A DNA stretch of 64,000 nucleotides from an uncultured Geobacteraceae bacterium (GTDB lineage Bacteria > Desulfobacterota > Desulfuromonadia > Geobacterales > Pseudopelobacteraceae). The notes beneath the pieces were generated by a model that worked only from the letters and a program-made list of their open reading frames with translations, did no database searches and was not told the DNA's origin. Below are positions 38,773 to 46,064 of this stretch, piece after piece. The position numbers were made by a program, and so were the translations under genes. The number at the start of each line of letters is the position of its first letter. Positions within the stretch are counted from its first letter, which is position 1. The stretch spans positions 34,075-98,074 of the forward strand of contig CAJAFV010000090.1 in NCBI GenBank assembly GCA_903939115.1, read 5' to 3'.

Positions 38773-39378
38773 TGCAATGATCGCCCAGCGGGCAAGACTG
38801 GCTGCGTTGGCAACATCCAGATTTTTCATCAGGTTCGTCCGATGCGACTCTATGGTCTTCAGGCTGACACCCAGACGTTCGGCGATTCCTTTGGTTGTGA
38901 CACCCTCCCCAACCAACAGCAGCACTTCGAGCTCCCGATTGGTGACCTTCTTATGGAGAGTGGCACGCTCATGCTGAAAAACCTCATTTTGATGCTGTCG
39001 ATAGATCTTCTCATGGTGGAGAATTCTGCCGGTAACTGCTGCCAGCAGTTCGTCTGCGGTGAACGGTTTGGTCAGATAATCGTCAGCTCCTGCCGACATG
39101 CCACGCCGGACATCGGCGCGATCACTCAGGGCAGTAACAAAGATGAAGGGGATATCGACGAAGCTGTTTTCACTCTTTACCATCTCCAGCACAGAATGGC
39201 CGTCCATATCCGCCATCATGATGTCGCACAAAATCAGGTCTGGTCGCTGTTCACGAATTTTGGCAAGTCCGGAACGGCCATCAGAAGCGTTGCGCACCTC
39301 GAAGCCTTCCAACTGCAGGATAGTTTCCATAATAGTGATAAACGACGAGTCGTCTTCGATGATAAGAATCGAATACAT
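38761..39378 (-). CDS. NarL/LuxR-family response regulator
   Basis: The protein starts MYSILIIEDD. REC motifs are present (LILCDIMMADMDG, FIFVTAL, TKP), plus a LuxR HTH (VTNRELEVLLLVGEGVTTKGIAERLGVSLKTIESHR). Confidence 0.9.
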   Translation of the reverse strand: MYSILIIEDDSSFITIMETILQLEGFEVRNASDGRSGLAKIREQRPDLILCDIMMADMDGHSVLEMVKSENSFVDIPFIFVTALSDRADVRRGMSAGADDYLTKPFTADELLAAVTGRILHHEKIYRQHQNEVFQHERATLHKKVTNRELEVLLLVGEGVTTKGIAERLGVSLKTIESHRTNLMKNLDVANAASLARWAIIAGQK

Positions 39379-39400
39379 CGGTGGCCTCCCGGCTCTTAAG

Positions 39401-40693
39401 TCACGCGGTACTGTTACCCGGGATGCCGGCAGGAATCTGAACTGCCATGACAGTCCCGCTGCCGACACTGCTGGTTGTGGTGATGGTTCCCCCCATCTGC
39501 ATCAGCGCCTCATGAACGATGGTGAGACCGAGGCCGAGGCCGCGCCGCCCGTCGATGTTACGGCTGCGGTAGAACGGGTCAAAGATGTGCGGCAGATCCT
39601 CTTGCGGAATGCCGATGCCGGTGTCGCTTATTTCAATGCAGAGGTTGTTTTTCTCCCGGTGAACAGCAAGTGCCACCTGCCCACCTGCCGGGGTATAGCG
39701 GAAGGCGTTGGTCAGCAGATTTTCCATTACCCGGCGAAGCAGACCTTCATCTGCGAGTGCTGTACCGCAATCGTCAGCTATGGTGATGCTCCACTGCTGC
39801 CCACGGTTCCAGACGTATTCGACTCCAGCTGCGATGGCTGCGCAGAGGTCCGCAAGATTGTGCGGCAGAGGATGATAGCCGATACTCTCCTCACCCAGGG
39901 TGTTATATGATGTTACGGAAGAGACCAGAGTGGTCAACTGATACACCGCGTCCCGGATAAGCTCATTCTGCGTGAAGCGTTTTTCGGGTGTCAACTGATT
40001 CCAATAGCGGTCCAGGATATCGGTGCTGGCGGAAAGCAGGCCGAGCGGAGTGCGAAATTCATGCGCAATTGTCCGCAACAGCCGATTCATGGTGATATTT
40101 GCTGCAGTGGCTTTTTCCAGCGACTGTCGGACGATGGTGTCAAGCTGTTTGAGTTCGGTGATGTCATTAATGACAATTCTGTAGGTAGGTTTCCTACACT
40201 CGGTATCCTGAACTGCAATGCCATTAATATTCGCCCAGAATTGGCTACCGGAGAGTTTCAGCATGCGCAACTCGCACGTATCGGCCGATCCGCTCTGCAG
40301 AAGCCGTTGGCAATAGAGGTGAAAAGCGTCCAGCTCCTCACCGGAAATATAGCGAAAAATACGCTGGTTTATCAGTTCGCCACGTAGAGCTCCCATCATG
40401 GTCGCAACAGTAAGGTTCGCTTCCAGAATTTTTCCCTGCTCGTCGATGGTAAGGTAGCCGACCGGGGCCAGGTCATATAAATCGAAATAGCGTGTTTGTG
40501 AAATACCCAGTTCACGCTCTGTGACACGCAGCTCTTCGTTCTGCATCTGCAGTTCGATCTGATGTACCTGCAGTTCGTTGAGGGTCTTTTGTAAATTCTC
40601 TTCGGGGCTAAGGTGTGAACGGCCGGTGTGAGCTGATATGGTATGGGTCAACGGAGAGGGGAGGGGAGGGAGCTTGGTGGTCATGGCGGTCAT
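39401..40693 (-). CDS. soluble PAS sensor histidine kinase
   Basis: The leader ELQVHQIELQMQNEELR and PAS domain (YFDLYDLAPVGYLTI) are paralogous to 16060..17673. H-box IAHEFRTPLGLL. HATPase motifs (TNAFRYT, DTGIGI, GLGLGLT). ATG 40693 has an AGGAG SD; the ORF extends to 40771. Confidence 0.85.
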   Translation of the reverse strand: MTAMTTKLPPLPSPLTHTISAHTGRSHLSPEENLQKTLNELQVHQIELQMQNEELRVTERELGISQTRYFDLYDLAPVGYLTIDEQGKILEANLTVATMMGALRGELINQRIFRYISGEELDAFHLYCQRLLQSGSADTCELRMLKLSGSQFWANINGIAVQDTECRKPTYRIVINDITELKQLDTIVRQSLEKATAANITMNRLLRTIAHEFRTPLGLLSASTDILDRYWNQLTPEKRFTQNELIRDAVYQLTTLVSSVTSYNTLGEESIGYHPLPHNLADLCAAIAAGVEYVWNRGQQWSITIADDCGTALADEGLLRRVMENLLTNAFRYTPAGGQVALAVHREKNNLCIEISDTGIGIPQEDLPHIFDPFYRSRNIDGRRGLGLGLTIVHEALMQMGGTITTTSSVGSGTVMAVQIPAGIPGNSTA

Positions 40694-41003
40694 GGTGGCT
40701 CCTGAGCGGCTCTCCAGCAGCGCTGAATGATCAGAGTCGTGCCGTGGTAAGGTGGTGCTGATTTCATCCACAATGAGCGATAAAACGAAAAAAACAGTAT
40801 CCTCTCTTTCAGCAGATTACAACGATAAAGGGGCATCATCAAGACTTATGCGTATATTTTCGGAGTATAAAATCATAGTGATGTATATCGTTTCTATACT
40901 TTTATGCAGAATCAGAGTTGCATTGAATAGAGCGATCTGCCGCTGCAACGCCTAACATGCTTGACTTGCATACTTTTTTATTATCACTCCAGAAACCTCT
41001 TTT

Positions 41004-41019
41004 TGGCACAATTGATGCT
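41004..41019 (+). promoter_or_regulatory. candidate sigma-54 promoter
   Basis: TGGCACaattgATGCT has the correct GG-N10-GC spacing. It lies 44 nt upstream of ATG 41063. Confidence 0.55.
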
Positions 41020-41062
41020 GTTATAAAATCAAGCAGTGAAATAAAAGTGAAAGGAGTAAGTC

Positions 41063-41278
41063 ATGAAAACGTTAGCCGCCCTGATAGGAACAATGGCTCC
41101 CGCTACTGCCTTTGCAGCTGCTGATGCCGCCGTGGGAAACGACGGAATTTTCGTCTGGGTTTTCCTTGGCTTCTTTGCACTGATAGTAGTTGGGCAGTTG
41201 GTGCCGGCCGTGATGCTGATCATAGGAATGGTCAAGGGAATCACGTCTAAGAGTGAAGTAAAAACTGAAGCGCGGTAG
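41063..41278 (+). CDS. small exported/membrane protein
   Basis: 71 aa. AAAGGAG SD. Signal peptide MKTLAALIGTMAPATAFAAADA, then one TM helix (IFVWVFLGFFALIVVGQLVPAVMLIIGMV). Confidence 0.6.
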   Translation: MKTLAALIGTMAPATAFAAADAAVGNDGIFVWVFLGFFALIVVGQLVPAVMLIIGMVKGITSKSEVKTEAR

Positions 41279-41351
41279 TCGCACGCTGCTTGTGGCGCGG
41301 GCCTGGTGGGTGGTTCGCGCCTAAGGGCGTGCGTCTGTGTGGGGTGTCGTC

Positions 41352-41588
41352 ATGCGGATGCCAACTGAAAAGTTTTTTATAAAATCACATGTCGTGGGGT
41401 CAGTGGCCACGCTTGTCTGTGCTGTGAGTATTGTCCTCATTGGTCTTATTCCCTCGCTGTTTCCCGGTATCTACAGATTACTTGTTGATGACCGGGTAGG
41501 TATTGTTATACCATACCTGCTCCTGATCGCTTTAGGCGGCTCCCTTTTTTCAATCTGGTTTTTCCTTTTTAGAAAAGATGGCAGGTAG
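41352..41588 (+). CDS. small 2-TM membrane protein (paralog of 18380..18646)
   Basis: About 78 aa with two hydrophobic helices. The start is uncertain: the ORF track begins at 41337, and an ATG lies at 41352. Confidence 0.5.
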   Translation: MRMPTEKFFIKSHVVGSVATLVCAVSIVLIGLIPSLFPGIYRLLVDDRVGIVIPYLLLIALGGSLFSIWFFLFRKDGR

Positions 41589-41625
41589 CTTTTGATCGGA
41601 TTATCGAACCCCTGGGAGTAGACGC

Positions 41626-41949
41626 GTGGAGAACAGCTCAATCGATCCGGTTGTATATGCGGGTATCTTAAAAGCCACAAGACGCCGCCGTAAATATTTC
41701 TTCAGCACAGTTCTTATCTATATCCCCGCTTTATTGCTTGTTCATAAGATTTCTCCTACCAACTTGGCGATGGGAACGTTATTTGCGGTGTGGGTTGTTT
41801 TTCTGATCATTTTTACGGTTCTGGTCGCACTCTGCAAATGTCCACGATGCGGCAACTATTTCCATATGCATGGCATAACTCTCCTGATTCTACGCAAATG
41901 CCTCCACTGTCAGCTTCATATCGCCTCCAATACCATTTCGACGAATTAA
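41626..41949 (+). CDS. small membrane protein with C-terminal CxxC...CxxC zinc-ribbon-like motif
   Basis: 107 aa from a GTG start. Two TM helices are followed by CKCPRCGNYFHMHGITLLILRKCLHCQLH. Confidence 0.5.
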   Translation: MENSSIDPVVYAGILKATRRRRKYFFSTVLIYIPALLLVHKISPTNLAMGTLFAVWVVFLIIFTVLVALCKCPRCGNYFHMHGITLLILRKCLHCQLHIASNTISTN

Positions 41950-41968
41950 CCTAAAAACGGTAGTTCAA

Positions 41969-42107
41969 TAACACAGAGACACGGAGAACACAGAGAAATC
42001 AAGGCTTAAAACAAAAAAACTGTAATCCTATTGGGTGAGCCATAAAACCTGTTTTGCAGTTTATAACTCTATGATTTAACTCTGTGTTCTCTGTGAACTC
42101 TGTGTTT
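41969..42107. repeat. imperfect 27-bp inverted repeats (aacacagagacacggagaacacagag / ctctgtgttctctgtgaactctgtgtt) flanking an 80-bp spacer
   Basis: Read directly from the sequence. It sits between the convergent genes 41626..41949 and 42146..44257. The arms are built from a cacagag/ctctgtg sub-repeat. Confidence 0.8.
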
Positions 42108-42145
42108 AAATGCTTTTTCTATGATTAAAGTTTGCAGAAGCCCGG

Positions 42146-44257
42146 TCAGCTGGAACTGATGACGTCCTCTGTATCGATCCGCTTCTCTTTATTGATGAAC
42201 GAAACATACTCCCGGTCCGCTCCAAGCATGTGTACCATGACCACATCGTGTGCCAGAAACTGGAAAAGAGCGCCTACCGAGAGGGTGGATGCTTCGAAGA
42301 GATGCGACAGGTCAAGGCCCTTTGCAAGAAGGGTTGCGTGTTCAGTTTTGTGCAGTTCTATGCCTGGAAAGGCTACTGATTCCAGAATGGCTTCCTCATC
42401 ACGAAAGTGCTGGCTCACCGCTTCAAGCAGGCTTGAAATAATTGATGATATTTCCGTTGTGGTACTGCCGGAAAGAACCGCTTCGAACAGTTCATTGGCT
42501 ATCTGGAAAAGTGACTGGTGCTGCGAGTCGATCAGCCGGTTACCGCAACAGTAGGAATCTTTCCACACCAGCTGTACCAGATTTTCATTGCCTTCACCTG
42601 CTGTTGTCTCAACTCCGCTGCCTGCCGTAACAAATTCAACCCGGTTACGCCCGGAAGCTTTTGCCCGATAAAGCAACTCATCAACCCTCGAAAGGATGGT
42701 CAAAAATGACTTGTCCGCAGCGCAATGCATTGTTGCAACGCCCAGGCTTGCGGTGACGTGCTTTGCAACGTTCGAACCTTTGTGGGGAATAGCCCGGGCT
42801 ATAATTCCTCGACGAATCTTTTCGGCAATGGCAATTGCGCCGTTAAGGTCTGTTTCCGGCAGAATACAGGCAAATTCTTCACCACCATAGCGGGCGGCCA
42901 GGTCAGGGTCGCGAGTTGCGCAGTCCGCTATCACCTGAGCAATTTGTCGCAGACATTCATCACCCTTGACGTGTCCGTAGCTGTCATTAAACGCCTTAAA
43001 GTGATCAATATCCAGCAGGATAAGTGACAGTTCAGCCCCGGAACGGGCATGCCGGGCATATTCCTTGGCAAGTACCTCATCAAAACATCTTCTGTTGGCT
43101 ATTCCAGTCAAACCATCAGTAATACTCAGGGTTTCAAGCTTACGGTTGGATTCTCCCAGCGACTCCTCGGCCTGGAGCATAAGTTTCTGTACAACTTTGT
43201 ACTCATCGATTTGCTGGTGTAATTCCCAGGTCATAGTTGTGGCCAGTCGCATCGCGTGTGCCCGGCTGTTTGCCAGCGACCATGCGAGTAGTGCCAGTAT
43301 AAGGCTCAGACTGGAGCCGGCCACGACTATCAATGTCTTGGCGTTACGACCGAAGCGGGCATCGAAGTTACCATTGGTGCTCATGGAGAGCATCCAGGTA
43401 TGTCCGGCGACAACAAGATATTCATTGGCGGAGATGCCGGAGGAGCGTTTTGGGACTCTTCCGCCGAACGAGCTGTAAAGAAGCGTTGCGGGGGATGGTT
43501 CAATGTCATCGTAAATTGCCAGAGCGACCCCCGGCAGTTGTTCGCCGTAAAGACTGGCTATCAGGTTGTGCATATTGAATGCGGCAAAAATCCAGCCGGT
43601 GAGGTGGGTACGACGCGTGGCCTGACTATCATGCTGCTGCCCCTTCGCGTAGATCGGCAGATACATCATAAAGCCGGGTTGTGCATCAGTTTCTTTATCT
43701 ACAGCCAACCGGAGCATGCCGGAAACTGCCGGCATGCCTGTGTCGCGCGCCTTCTCCATGGCTAATCGCTGAACCGGGTCAGGCCATTGGTCGAGACCGG
43801 AGAGCGCACGGTTGCTGTCGGTATTGGGCTCAAGCTGAACAATGGGAGTATAGGTATCTCTCTGCCCTGCGGGTGTAATGGCGTAAGTAGCGTGACCGAG
43901 TCGGTGCAGGGCGGCAACATGTGCCTTTTTGCGCACCTCCGGTACCCATTCGATGATGCCGATGGCCTGGATGCCGGAAAAATTGGCGTCAAGCTGGAGC
44001 GTGTCGATATAGGTGCGGAAGTTGTCTCGATCCATAACGTCGGTAGTCGCAAACAATCCCTGTACGCCGCGGAGCATCTGCTCGTAGCCTGCCATACGTT
44101 GTTCAACTCGACTGACGGTTTCGCGCAGTAAGAAATCAAACTGGGAGCGTAATTCCTTGCGGCTGTTTTGACGTTCATGATCCCAGACAAGCCACGTGGC
44201 ACAGAGCATGACCGCAAGAATAAGCAACGGCAGGATGAACGGTCGTTGTCGGTTCAT
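42146..44257 (-). CDS. CHASE-TM-GGDEF diguanylate cyclase with C-terminal hemerythrin-like domain
   Basis: TM helix, a periplasmic CHASE-like region (FSGIQAIGIIEWVPE), a second TM helix, a GGDEF domain (RYGGEEFACIL) and a hemerythrin HHE-type tail (IDSQHQSLF...HFRDEE...HKTEH...FLAHDVVMVHM). ATG 44257 overlaps the upstream stop as ATGA. Confidence 0.88.
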   Translation of the reverse strand: MNRQRPFILPLLILAVMLCATWLVWDHERQNSRKELRSQFDFLLRETVSRVEQRMAGYEQMLRGVQGLFATTDVMDRDNFRTYIDTLQLDANFSGIQAIGIIEWVPEVRKKAHVAALHRLGHATYAITPAGQRDTYTPIVQLEPNTDSNRALSGLDQWPDPVQRLAMEKARDTGMPAVSGMLRLAVDKETDAQPGFMMYLPIYAKGQQHDSQATRRTHLTGWIFAAFNMHNLIASLYGEQLPGVALAIYDDIEPSPATLLYSSFGGRVPKRSSGISANEYLVVAGHTWMLSMSTNGNFDARFGRNAKTLIVVAGSSLSLILALLAWSLANSRAHAMRLATTMTWELHQQIDEYKVVQKLMLQAEESLGESNRKLETLSITDGLTGIANRRCFDEVLAKEYARHARSGAELSLILLDIDHFKAFNDSYGHVKGDECLRQIAQVIADCATRDPDLAARYGGEEFACILPETDLNGAIAIAEKIRRGIIARAIPHKGSNVAKHVTASLGVATMHCAADKSFLTILSRVDELLYRAKASGRNRVEFVTAGSGVETTAGEGNENLVQLVWKDSYCCGNRLIDSQHQSLFQIANELFEAVLSGSTTTEISSIISSLLEAVSQHFRDEEAILESVAFPGIELHKTEHATLLAKGLDLSHLFEASTLSVGALFQFLAHDVVMVHMLGADREYVSFINKEKRIDTEDVISSS

Positions 44258-45072
44258 GGAGGTGTCTGGAAATCTGTCATGGCCGTAGCGATATCGGATG
44301 TGAAATATTTCTCGAAAATGCGGCGAACTGTGCCGTCGGAGCGCATGGTGTTTACAATGTCCCGCCATTTTTTCTGTTCGGCAAACGTCAGCGACTTCTT
44401 GGACATGATGAGACCGTGAGGCACGGCAGGATCGTTGAACTCGATAAGGTTCGTTATGGCACTGAGCTTCTTTTCTTCCAGCGCCGAAGAATCGAATGGT
44501 TCTATGATCATGCCCTGAATGCGGTTGAGGAACAGAGTCTGATACAGAGGAGCAAGACCGTTGGCCTGGCTGACACGGTTGGCGGCCTGCAGCCGGTCGA
44601 CCAACCGGTTTGCGGATTCGCCGTACCGAAAGCTGCGGATTACCCCGAGCTGGAAGTGATCATTGCGATCCAAATCGGCCAGCTGCTTCACATTGGCGTC
44701 CTTGCGTACCAACAGATAGTATTTGTTACTGAAATACCAGGCGAAGGCGGCGAAGCGGTTGCGCTCACTATTGGTGATGCCGGACAGGCTGAAATCAAGC
44801 GCGCCGGATTCGATCAACTGCCAAATACGGGCGCGCGGCATCACATTGACATTGACTTTACAGCCGCTGCGGCGGATCAGTTCGTCAGAAAAATCCTTGT
44901 CAATTCCGGTATTCGTATCGGCAGAATAGAGCAGGCCATGCTCGTGCAGCGCGAGAGTGAAGGGGCGCGAACAGTCCGGACCATCTGCGGCCTCACTACT
45001 GAGGCTGCACAACACGAGCAGTAAACAGCCAAGGCAGAGGTTTGTTATGGATGTAATTACGGGTGTGAACAT
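44254..45072 (-). CDS. periplasmic solute-binding protein, family 3 (amino-acid-binding type)
   Basis: 272 aa with a signal peptide and an SBP_bac_3-like layout. AAGGAG SD. It is translationally coupled to the cyclase. Confidence 0.75.
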   Translation of the reverse strand: MFTPVITSITNLCLGCLLLVLCSLSSEAADGPDCSRPFTLALHEHGLLYSADTNTGIDKDFSDELIRRSGCKVNVNVMPRARIWQLIESGALDFSLSGITNSERNRFAAFAWYFSNKYYLLVRKDANVKQLADLDRNDHFQLGVIRSFRYGESANRLVDRLQAANRVSQANGLAPLYQTLFLNRIQGMIIEPFDSSALEEKKLSAITNLIEFNDPAVPHGLIMSKKSLTFAEQKKWRDIVNTMRSDGTVRRIFEKYFTSDIATAMTDFQTPP

Positions 45073-45281
45073 AACACTCCTTATTCCAGAGGAATTCGGC
45101 CACAGATTGTTAAAAAACGCTGTAAGTGATTTTATGTAATGAAACAGGACACTTGCAACGTTATGTGGAGGTGAAACGGCGGGAGAACAGCGATCCGTAA
45201 TCTATCAGTATTACCGGATTATGTACAGTCGGATTGTGAACGTACGCATGAGAACTGCCAATAAATATAGAGCACAAATGC

Positions 45282-45309
45282 AAAAAAGGCCACACCTGGT
45301 GGCCTTTTA
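45282..45309 (-). terminator. rho-independent terminator after the merR-like gene
   Basis: Minus strand: aaaaggccac-cagg-tgtggcctttttt. GC-rich stem followed by T6. Confidence 0.8.
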
Positions 45310-45315
45310 CATCTC

Positions 45316-45672
45316 TTATAAAGAATCGCGTAATATTTTCAGTTCACTCCGAACTGCCTGCAAAACGGCAGTGCAATCTACAGCAGGAGTCGCAAGGCTT
45401 AACAGATCGTCAGACCTGATAAGTTTCCCTTTCGTAGTGAGCCGTTTTTTTACACCCTCGATAGTAAATTTTTCATCATATAATAAGTTTCTGACCTGTA
45501 ACACCAGATCAACTTCACTTTTTGAATACAATCTTTGACCGGAACTGCTTTTCACCGGCTTCAAAAAAGAAAATTCTGACTCCCAAAAACGTAGTACTGA
45601 TGTCCTGACTCCGGCGACTTCAGCCACTTCACCGATCTTATAAAAAAGCTTCTCAGGTAACGTTGAAGGCAT
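45316..45672 (-). CDS. MerR-family transcriptional regulator
   Basis: 118 aa. MerR HTH: YKIGEVAEVAGVRTSVLRFWESEF...SSGQRLYS. Confidence 0.85.
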   Translation of the reverse strand: MPSTLPEKLFYKIGEVAEVAGVRTSVLRFWESEFSFLKPVKSSSGQRLYSKSEVDLVLQVRNLLYDEKFTIEGVKKRLTTKGKLIRSDDLLSLATPAVDCTAVLQAVRSELKILRDSL

Positions 45673-45696
45673 AGGGTGGGTAGCCAGCAGCAGAAC

Positions 45697-45981
45697 TTAT
45701 TTAGGTTCAGCGTTTATGGCATTCTTTAACACCTGGCTCGGTTTAAATGTCAGAATTCTGCGGGCGTCTATTGTAATAGTTTCACCGGTTTGTGGATTGC
45801 GACCACGGCGATCAGCCTTTTGCTTCACAACAAAATTACCAAAACCGGCAATCTTGATTTTTTCACCAGACTCTAATGTTAATTTAAGGAGGCCAAAAAC
45901 TGTTTCAACCATTTCGGCTGATTCTTTTTTGGAAAAACCTACTTTCTGATGAATACGTTCAACGATGTCTGCTTTTGTCAT
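45697..45981 (-). CDS. ihfA: integration host factor subunit alpha
   Basis: 94 aa. HU/IHF fold signature: GFGNFVVKQKADRRGRNPQTGETITIDARRILTFKPS. Its position after pheT is typical. Confidence 0.9.
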   Translation of the reverse strand: MTKADIVERIHQKVGFSKKESAEMVETVFGLLKLTLESGEKIKIAGFGNFVVKQKADRRGRNPQTGETITIDARRILTFKPSQVLKNAINAEPK

Positions 45982-46064
45982 AATTACTCCACTCGTTACC
46001 GGTTAATGCACTGATTCAAAAGGAAAAATTTTATAGCACAGGGGCATCTATTACGCAATAGCTT

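Noticed and set aside
19654-40771. The repeated sequences in the kinase cluster might be a CRISPR array or another short-repeat array.
   Set aside because: The repeats are hundreds of bp long, diverged (78-90%), irregularly spaced, and correspond to coding or promoter duplications. There is no short direct repeat/spacer periodicity.
44416-45024. Long antisense ORFs lie opposite well-supported genes: 44416..45024, 48636..49286, 46540..47157, 39098..39910, 38767..39399, 61572..62258, 8810..9514, 16600..17103, 17302..17772 and 56017..56592.
   Set aside because: Each lies entirely inside a gene that has strong family signatures on the other strand. They show no motifs and have a skewed, low-complexity composition (Arg/Ser/Pro-rich), which is typical of shadow ORFs.
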